Positions 58,230-64,000 of a stretch of 64,000 nucleotides of DNA are shown here, piece by piece (the stretch's first letter is position 1; each line of letters starts with the position of its first letter). The stretch comes from an uncultured Candidatus Saccharibacteria bacterium (lineage in GTDB: Bacteria > Patescibacteriota > Minisyncoccia > Phycocordibacterales > UBA5272). The notes under the pieces were generated by a model. It was not told the origin of the DNA. It worked only from the letters and a program-made list of their open reading frames with translations, and did not search any database. The DNA lies in NCBI GenBank assembly GCA_964510805.1, contig CAZEDG010000001.1, positions 48,227-112,226 of the forward strand. Reading direction: 5' to 3'. The position numbers were made by a program, and so were the translations under genes.

Positions 58230-58832
58230 TTGTGCTATAGTTCCGAGATAAAGTTCTTTTTAGCAACCTACATGAATGGAGGTTTTGCGATGGATCACAA
58301 GTTTCTAGAACTACGGGGTAGAATTCTTACACCTTACAACAAGACTCCTGAAGAGATGTTGGAGTTCCCCTTCCTTGTCTCTATTGTTGGCTCGTACCGA
58401 AGAGGAGTTTTTTTTCAGACATCACTGCTAGCTTCTCTCCTTTTTGAACTTTCAGATGTTGGCTACCGAGGATATTTTTTCTTCACAAGAGACCCATTTG
58501 TTGAAGGTGATCAAACACTTCCGCAAGGATGGTCTACTGACGCCGTGCGAACGGTACTGGAAAAATCTATTCCTTTGATCTGGAATGAATATAGTCTTGA
58601 TATCAGTGATTTCGGGTATCAGACATTTCTTTGGATGCTAAATCATAACTCTTTCTCCGCCGGAGATCCTCAAAACCCTGTCACTGACACAAGAGAAGTA
58701 TCTGAGATGGGTGAGAAGATGAGGAGTCTCCTCGAACAAGAAGGAGTCATCAGAACAGAGGACGTGCAGACCAGTCATGCAGATCTTCTGATTAAAAGAA
58801 TTCAACGTGACACCTATCGGGTACGTCACTAA
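58230..58832 (+). CDS. hypothetical protein; start uncertain
   Basis: ORF only; internal Met candidates are MNGGFAMDHK and MDHKFLEL. Confidence 0.3.
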   Translation: MCYSSEIKFFLATYMNGGFAMDHKFLELRGRILTPYNKTPEEMLEFPFLVSIVGSYRRGVFFQTSLLASLLFELSDVGYRGYFFFTRDPFVEGDQTLPQGWSTDAVRTVLEKSIPLIWNEYSLDISDFGYQTFLWMLNHNSFSAGDPQNPVTDTREVSEMGEKMRSLLEQEGVIRTEDVQTSHADLLIKRIQRDTYRVRH

Positions 58833-58834
58833 AA

Positions 58835-58870
58835 AACAACCAAACGGGGGCGCTTGGTTGTTTTTCTTTT
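58835..58870 (+). terminator. bidirectional rho-independent terminator
   Basis: aacaaccaa-acgggggcgc-ttggttgtt flanked by A- and T-runs. Confidence 0.6.
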
Positions 58871-58876
58871 ATAAAT

Positions 58877-60142
58877 TTATTCACAATTCCCTTTGAATGT
58901 CGCAAGAAGTTCTTCTGTTGTGATGATAGAGCTTTCTCCTCCTTTTCTTTCTTTGAGCTCAACTCCCCCTTGTGCAAGTGATTTTTCTGATACAACTACA
59001 CGCATAGGGATACCAATGAGATCACTATCAGCAAATTTTTCACCAGCACTTAAGTCTCGATCATCAAAGAGGACTTCAACACCCCTCTTGGTCAAAGTAC
59101 TGTAGAGTTCCTCTGCTTGCTTGTATGCATCAGTATCTTTATTTTTTGCAAGTGTAAGAAGATGAAGCGAGAATGGAGCAACTGCTTCTGGCCAAACAAG
59201 ACCTTTATCGTCAGCCAGAACTTCAGCAATGACTCCCATGACACGTGCAGGACCGATTCCGTAAGAACCCATCCAGACAGATTGTTTCTGACCTTGCTCA
59301 TCTTGGTAGTAGAGATCAAGCGCACCAGAAAATCTTGTTCCGAGGTTAAAGATATTTCCTACTTCAGAAGCTTTTGCAACTCTAAGGTCAGACATCGCTA
59401 CACCGAGATCAGCAAGAACTTCATCCACTAGAACTTCTTTGTTGATTGCAATTTTTTTACCATCATGAATATAAATTTCATCTTCGCCTGCGTCACAGAT
59501 GGTTTGGAATTCATGAGAATATTTAGAAAAGATACCACCAGAAGCAAAGGTAACATAGGTCATATTTCCGATGCCTAGTCGATTAAATATCTGCACATAA
59601 GCATTCTTTACTTTTTCGTAGTAAGTTTCTTGCGCTTCTTGTGAGGTACAAAAAGAGTACAGATCTTTCATGATGAATTCCCTTGTTCTCATGATTCCAG
59701 ACTTTGCACGTGTCTCATTTCTAAATTTTGTTTGGAATTGATATACGTATCGAGGAAGCTCCTTGTAGCTACGAACAAAGTTCTTCATCATTGCCGTAAT
59801 TGGTTCTTCGTGGGTAACGCCAAGACCAAGAACTGTTTCATTTTTGAGTTTTGTTTTGAACCATACATCAACGACATCGTCACTCCATCTTTCGGTTTGT
59901 TCCCATACTGCCTTATCTTGCAGTGCAGTCATACTTATCTCTTGACCGCCTATAGCATTCATCTCTTCTCTTATGATTGAAATTATATTGTTAAGTGTTC
60001 TAAGACCAAGAGGAAGAAAGGCATACACCCCTGCCATTTCTTTATGAATAAAACCGGCACGGATAAGAAGCTCGGCGTTCTTGGATGTTTCGTCAGAAGG
60101 AGCTTCTTTTCTTGTTTTTGTAAATAAATGTGATTGTCTCAT
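58877..60142 (-). CDS. proS: prolyl-tRNA synthetase, short form without editing insertion
   Basis: Class II aaRS core with C-terminal anticodon-binding domain; full-length ProRS similarity. Confidence 0.9.
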   Translation of the reverse strand: MRQSHLFTKTRKEAPSDETSKNAELLIRAGFIHKEMAGVYAFLPLGLRTLNNIISIIREEMNAIGGQEISMTALQDKAVWEQTERWSDDVVDVWFKTKLKNETVLGLGVTHEEPITAMMKNFVRSYKELPRYVYQFQTKFRNETRAKSGIMRTREFIMKDLYSFCTSQEAQETYYEKVKNAYVQIFNRLGIGNMTYVTFASGGIFSKYSHEFQTICDAGEDEIYIHDGKKIAINKEVLVDEVLADLGVAMSDLRVAKASEVGNIFNLGTRFSGALDLYYQDEQGQKQSVWMGSYGIGPARVMGVIAEVLADDKGLVWPEAVAPFSLHLLTLAKNKDTDAYKQAEELYSTLTKRGVEVLFDDRDLSAGEKFADSDLIGIPMRVVVSEKSLAQGGVELKERKGGESSIITTEELLATFKGNCE

Positions 60143-60175
60143 ATGTGTAGTAGATTAAGTGTAGCAAAAAGATTG

Positions 60176-61285
60176 CTAACCTTTAAGGTCATGTATTGTT
60201 ACGATGATAAGGAGAAGGAGAAGAAGTGAAAAACCGACCACATTGACCCAGGAGTAATACTTGAAAGGAACTTTCTTACGAATGATACTTTCGATAAGTA
60301 CTACCACAATTCTTCCTCCATCAAGTGCAGGAAGCGGTAACGCGTTGAAGATAGCAAGGTTAATAGAAAGAACTGCAACAAGCGTAAGTACCGCAACATA
60401 TCCATATTCACTTGTCTCACCAACAATCTTTGCGATACCGACAGGACCAGAGAGTGAGTCAATAACGTTCTTACCAGAAAAAGCAGAAGTGAGCACATCC
60501 TTAAGTCCTGTAAACGTCATAGAAGTCATTGTGACTGTCTTCGTGTACCCAAGCTCTACCGCTTCAAGGAAAGTTGTCTTTACTTCTCCAACTTGTTCTA
60601 CGGCAATGCCAAGCGCTTTCTTGTTTTCTAGGATTCCATATACCGCTGCGACCGTTGTCTTCTTGTCTTCTCCGTTTGGAGTTCTGTAGGTAATAGCAAA
60701 TGCATTATTTTGGTTTTTACTAATGAAAGTAATGAGTGATGTTGCTGTCGTAAGTTTTGCATCCTCACCATTACTTTTCATTGAAAGAATAATTGACCCA
60801 GGAACAATACCCGCCTTAAAAGCAGGACTTTCTTTGGAGACCTCCGTTACCATGATGTATGACTTGGTAACTCTTGCTCCAAACACAGGATCATCAACAC
60901 TTACTTGTACAGTGCCATAAGAAATACCAATGAAGAGACATAACGCCAAAAGCATGTTCATGGTGACACCTGCAATAAGCACAATGAACTGAGCCCAAGA
61001 AGGACGATTACCAAAAGCTCGAGGGTTATTGTGTGCACCATGAGCTTTCTTGTCATCTTCGGTTCCGTTTTCTCCAAAGATGGAAACATAGCCACCAAGA
61101 GGGATAGCATTAATCGCATACAGTGTCTCACCTTTTTTTATTCCAAAAAGCCGTGGAGGAAAACCAAAAGCAAATTCATCAACTCTCATACCAACAAGCT
61201 TAGCGGCGATGAAGTGACCGAATTCGTGCACAATAACAAGTACAAGTAAAATACCAATAAAAAGGAGCATTGCAGTGAGTGACAT
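60176..61285 (-). CDS. rseP: RseP-like site-2 protease (M50 zinc metalloprotease with PDZ)
   Basis: HEFGHFIAAK (HExxH) in TM1; PDZ domain; LDGG motif. Confidence 0.85.
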   Translation of the reverse strand: MSLTAMLLFIGILLVLVIVHEFGHFIAAKLVGMRVDEFAFGFPPRLFGIKKGETLYAINAIPLGGYVSIFGENGTEDDKKAHGAHNNPRAFGNRPSWAQFIVLIAGVTMNMLLALCLFIGISYGTVQVSVDDPVFGARVTKSYIMVTEVSKESPAFKAGIVPGSIILSMKSNGEDAKLTTATSLITFISKNQNNAFAITYRTPNGEDKKTTVAAVYGILENKKALGIAVEQVGEVKTTFLEAVELGYTKTVTMTSMTFTGLKDVLTSAFSGKNVIDSLSGPVGIAKIVGETSEYGYVAVLTLVAVLSINLAIFNALPLPALDGGRIVVVLIESIIRKKVPFKYYSWVNVVGFSLLLLLLIIVTIHDLKG

Positions 61286-61397
61286 AATGGTTACTATTCT
61301 ATCATATTTTAAAAAATATTTCTAACAAAAACTTGACATAAATAAAAAATAGTTTAGTATTGACGATCGGATTGTTCAACTTTTTAGGAGTGTCCCC

Positions 61398-61949
61398 ATG
61401 AAAGTTTTTGTTTGCCGGTATTTCCTGAAACTTCTATGCCTTTTCCCTTTGCTCTTTATTTTTGAAGTCCAAGGAAAAGAAGGTAATAGACTCCCTGCTC
61501 CTGTGATGCCTCAGCAGATGCAAGGTGTTCCACAGATACAGGTTTCTGGTTACGCTGTTGAAGTTTCTGTTAAACATCTTGTTTGTCAGATCAATAAGGA
61601 AGAAGGTTACCCTCCGTATAACATTGTTAGGTCCAATCGACCTGATAGGATTCTTGAGGATCTTGCTTTAGTTCGTGACTGTGTTCGTAAAGTACAACAG
61701 AAATTTAGTGTGTATAAAGGTGGTAATATACCAAGAGTTCTTACTCCTATCGCACTAGCTTTTCAAGGGCAGTTTAATTTACTGATTTGTCGAAAATGGC
61801 AGACAGGAGAAACAGACACACTGCTTGAGTTTTCTTTACCTTGGATTGCTCAAGATGAAATATTTGGATATTTTAATCTGTATAGTATTACAAAATGTCT
61901 TGACAGTGTAAAACTATTGGATGAAACATTCGAGAACAAGAAATTTTAA
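61398..61949 (+). CDS. secreted hypothetical protein
   Basis: Signal peptide; no recognised domain. Confidence 0.35.
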   Translation: MKVFVCRYFLKLLCLFPLLFIFEVQGKEGNRLPAPVMPQQMQGVPQIQVSGYAVEVSVKHLVCQINKEEGYPPYNIVRSNRPDRILEDLALVRDCVRKVQQKFSVYKGGNIPRVLTPIALAFQGQFNLLICRKWQTGETDTLLEFSLPWIAQDEIFGYFNLYSITKCLDSVKLLDETFENKKF

Positions 61950-61998
61950 AACAAAACAAATTTAAAAAAGAGCTTCCTGTGAAGACTCTTTTTTTCTT

Positions 61999-62553
61999 TT
62001 ACTCCCCCATGATCTCAGTTTCTTTTTTTGAAAAGAGATTTTCGAGTTCTTGATTTGTTGCGTCAACAATTTTTTGCATCTCGTCTCTGTGAGCTCGCTT
62101 ATCATCCTCACCGTAGAGACCTTCCTTTGCTTCTTGATCAATTTTTTTGTTTGTTTCTTCTCGTACTGATCGTATACGTACACGAGCTTCTTCTAATCTT
62201 TCTTTGAGAAGTTTTACAAGCTTAGCTCTTGTTTCTCCAGTGAGTGCCGGAAAATGTACACGAAGTCCTTCTGCGTCAGATGAGACAGAGAGACCAAGAT
62301 CAGCTTCATTAATGGCTCGCTCCATTGAGCTAACAAGTGTTTTGTCCCAAGGAGAGACACGTATAGTACGAGGATCTTCTATTGTGATACTTCCTGCGTG
62401 AGCAAGTGGTGTGCGTGCGCCATACATATCAATGTGTACCATGTCGAGCACTTGAGGCGTTGCTCGCCCTGTCTGTATCGTTTTGTACTCATTTTTGAGC
62501 CAGTCGATAATCTTTGCTTTTTCTTCTTCTACCTGAGTAAAGTTGTATGTCAT
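61999..62553 (-). CDS. frr: ribosome recycling factor
   Basis: Full-length Frr similarity from Met at 62553; the longer ORF to 62706 is not supported. Confidence 0.9.
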   Translation of the reverse strand: MTYNFTQVEEEKAKIIDWLKNEYKTIQTGRATPQVLDMVHIDMYGARTPLAHAGSITIEDPRTIRVSPWDKTLVSSMERAINEADLGLSVSSDAEGLRVHFPALTGETRAKLVKLLKERLEEARVRIRSVREETNKKIDQEAKEGLYGEDDKRAHRDEMQKIVDATNQELENLFSKKETEIMGE

Positions 62554-62587
62554 AAGTATAGGGTTATTTTGTAGGTTTGATTGTACC

Positions 62588-63289
62588 TTAGCTTGTGTAT
62601 TTAGGCAATACAAGCGAGGTGTATTCAAGGAGAGTCTTAAGTGAGGAAGAAGGGTCTTTTGCATAAGAAGCAAAAGAAAGGACCAGAAGTTGATGATGTG
62701 TGTCAAACGTATTTCTTACCATGTACTCAAAGAGCATCAAGAAAAATTTCTTCCCTTCTTCTCTATCTTTACGCCCCTCCTCATCTTCTTTTGTAAGAAG
62801 TTTTTTTATATATGGTAAGTCCATACGATCAAGTGGTTCTGTTGCTAGAAATGTTGCTATGTTTTTTTCTTCTAAAAAATTTTCGTCAATTACATGTTCT
62901 TCGAGACGAGAAAGAAGTGTTGGAAGTAGTGATTCTTTATTGGAGGTGATGAGTATAAAAGAGACGTTTTGTGGAGGTTCTTCTAATGTCTTTAGGAGTG
63001 CGTTCTGTGCTTGTTCTGTGATTGTGTGAAAAGAAATAATTGCACGCTTGTGTCCGCTATGAGGAGTTATTGCCCAAGCGCTTAAGCTTCGTGCGCTCTC
63101 TATATCGAGAACTGTTTTTTCGAGAAAAAGATTTGAGAGTGATTCTTTGGTATCATTTTTAAAAAGAGAAGAAGCATATTCCTTACGACAAGGATGAAGA
63201 ATAAGTGTCGCGTGATGAGTAATCTCTAACATTATGGTATCTAGTATATCAAGATGCTTTTGTGTTGGCGAAGAATAGAAAGCGTGCAC
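62588..63289 (-). CDS. holB: DNA polymerase III delta'-like clamp-loader subunit, short with degenerate P-loop
   Basis: ALLKTLEEPP and LLPTLLSR (sensor) motifs. Confidence 0.55.
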   Translation of the reverse strand: MHAFYSSPTQKHLDILDTIMLEITHHATLILHPCRKEYASSLFKNDTKESLSNLFLEKTVLDIESARSLSAWAITPHSGHKRAIISFHTITEQAQNALLKTLEEPPQNVSFILITSNKESLLPTLLSRLEEHVIDENFLEEKNIATFLATEPLDRMDLPYIKKLLTKEDEEGRKDREEGKKFFLMLFEYMVRNTFDTHHQLLVLSFASYAKDPSSSLKTLLEYTSLVLPKYTS

Positions 63290-63306
63290 ACACTTCCTAT
63301 CTCTTT

Positions 63307-64000
63307 TTATCTCTTAGCGAAAATCCTACGCTTATAGGTGTCGAGGTGCTCGAGGGCAATACCTGTTCCTTTTGCAACACAATAGAAGGCGTCGTCTGCA
63401 AGTACTGCTTTTACTCCGGTACGTCTTTCAACAAGATCAGGAAAATGTCTAAGCATCGAAGATCCTCCTGACATAATAATACCGTTGTCGATAATATCTG
63501 ACGCAAGTTCAGGTGGAGTCTCTTGAAGCACATCGCGAATTGCTTTGATCATCATCTTAAGCTCTTTGTCGATCGCTTTCACAATCTCGTTAGTTCTAAT
63601 CTCAACAGTACGAGGAAGTCCAGCGATGAAGTCACGACCTTTTACTTTGAGGACAAGTTCATCTTCGATTGGAAGAGCAGAGCCAATCTTAATCTTAATA
63701 TCTTCCGCTGTCTGGTCGCCGATTGCGAGGTTGTATGTCTTCTTTACATAGTCGATAATTGCTTGGTCTACTTTTGTACCTGCACACTTAACAGAAGTAC
63801 TACATACGATACCTCCAAGAGAAATTACAGCAACGTCGGTTGTTCCTCCTCCAATATCTACAATCATTCTTCCTTTTGCTTCATGAATAGGGATACCGGC
63901 ACCGATCGCTGCTAAGATTGGTTCTTTTACTACGTAGGCATTTCTTGCGCCAGCCTTAAGCGCAGCTTCGATTACAGCACGTCTCTCTGTAGAAGTAACT
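63307..64000 (-). CDS. mreB: second MreB-family actin homolog; N-terminus beyond the window edge
   Basis: MIVDIGGGTTD and C-terminal MreB similarity. The minus-strand frame stays open to position 64000 with MreB N-terminal motifs. Confidence 0.8.
   Translation of the reverse strand, partial: VTSTERRAVIEAALKAGARNAYVVKEPILAAIGAGIPIHEAKGRMIVDIGGGTTDVAVISLGGIVCSTSVKCAGTKVDQAIIDYVKKTYNLAIGDQTAEDIKIKIGSALPIEDELVLKVKGRDFIAGLPRTVEIRTNEIVKAIDKELKMMIKAIRDVLQETPPELASDIIDNGIIMSGGSSMLRHFPDLVERRTGVKAVLADDAFYCVAKGTGIALEHLDTYKRRIFAKR

Noticed and set aside
1-64000. CRISPR array
   Set aside because: No regularly spaced 25-40-nt direct repeats separated by unique spacers. The repeats present are heptad microsatellite-like arrays and terminator hairpins.

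Overview
This window looks like a compact, AT-rich bacterial chromosome segment of the streamlined Patescibacteria/CPR type. It is dominated by housekeeping genes, nearly all on the + strand: mreBC(D)-mrdA, greA, lysS, mraZ-rsmH-ftsL-ftsI, a class II photolyase, lexA with a Cheo-type SOS box, queA, ychF, an ECF sigma/anti-sigma pair, alaS, the infA-rpmJ-rpsM-rpsK-rpsD-rpoA-rplQ block, rplM-rpsI, grpE-dnaK and dnaJ, trpS, T-box-regulated aspS, scpAB, dacA-mraY-ftsW-murG, gltX, and on the - strand proS, rseP, frr, holB and a second mreB paralog. Most genes lack a Shine-Dalgarno sequence. Transcription units end in clean rho-independent hairpins, several belonging to one conserved family. I found no CRISPR array, rRNA or convincing tRNA. 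The best candidates for something new are: (1) a three-gene reverse-strand cassette of unknown function wedged between dnaK and dnaJ; (2) an AT-rich, membrane-anchored tandem-repeat protein gene inserted at the 3' end of rpsI, bounded by ~100-bp direct repeats of the rpsI terminus and terminator, with a ~130-nt MITE-like hairpin element (terminal inverted repeats; its left end synonymously recodes the conserved S9 C-terminus SKR-stop); (3) families of intergenic heptad repeats [(TTAGNNN)n and (GAATGAG)n] that put stop codons in all reading frames on both strands, often next to terminators; (4) AT-rich ATTAAC/AATAAC heptad arrays directly upstream of start codons in place of an SD; (5) a strongly GC-rich, C3-biased 37-codon ORF with an SD and its own terminator; (6) adjacent PD-(D/E)xK nucleases, one of them Cas4/AddB-like with an Fe-S cysteine signature; and (7) two tandem ~34-aa hydrophobic peptide genes followed by an ~800-bp gene-free stretch.
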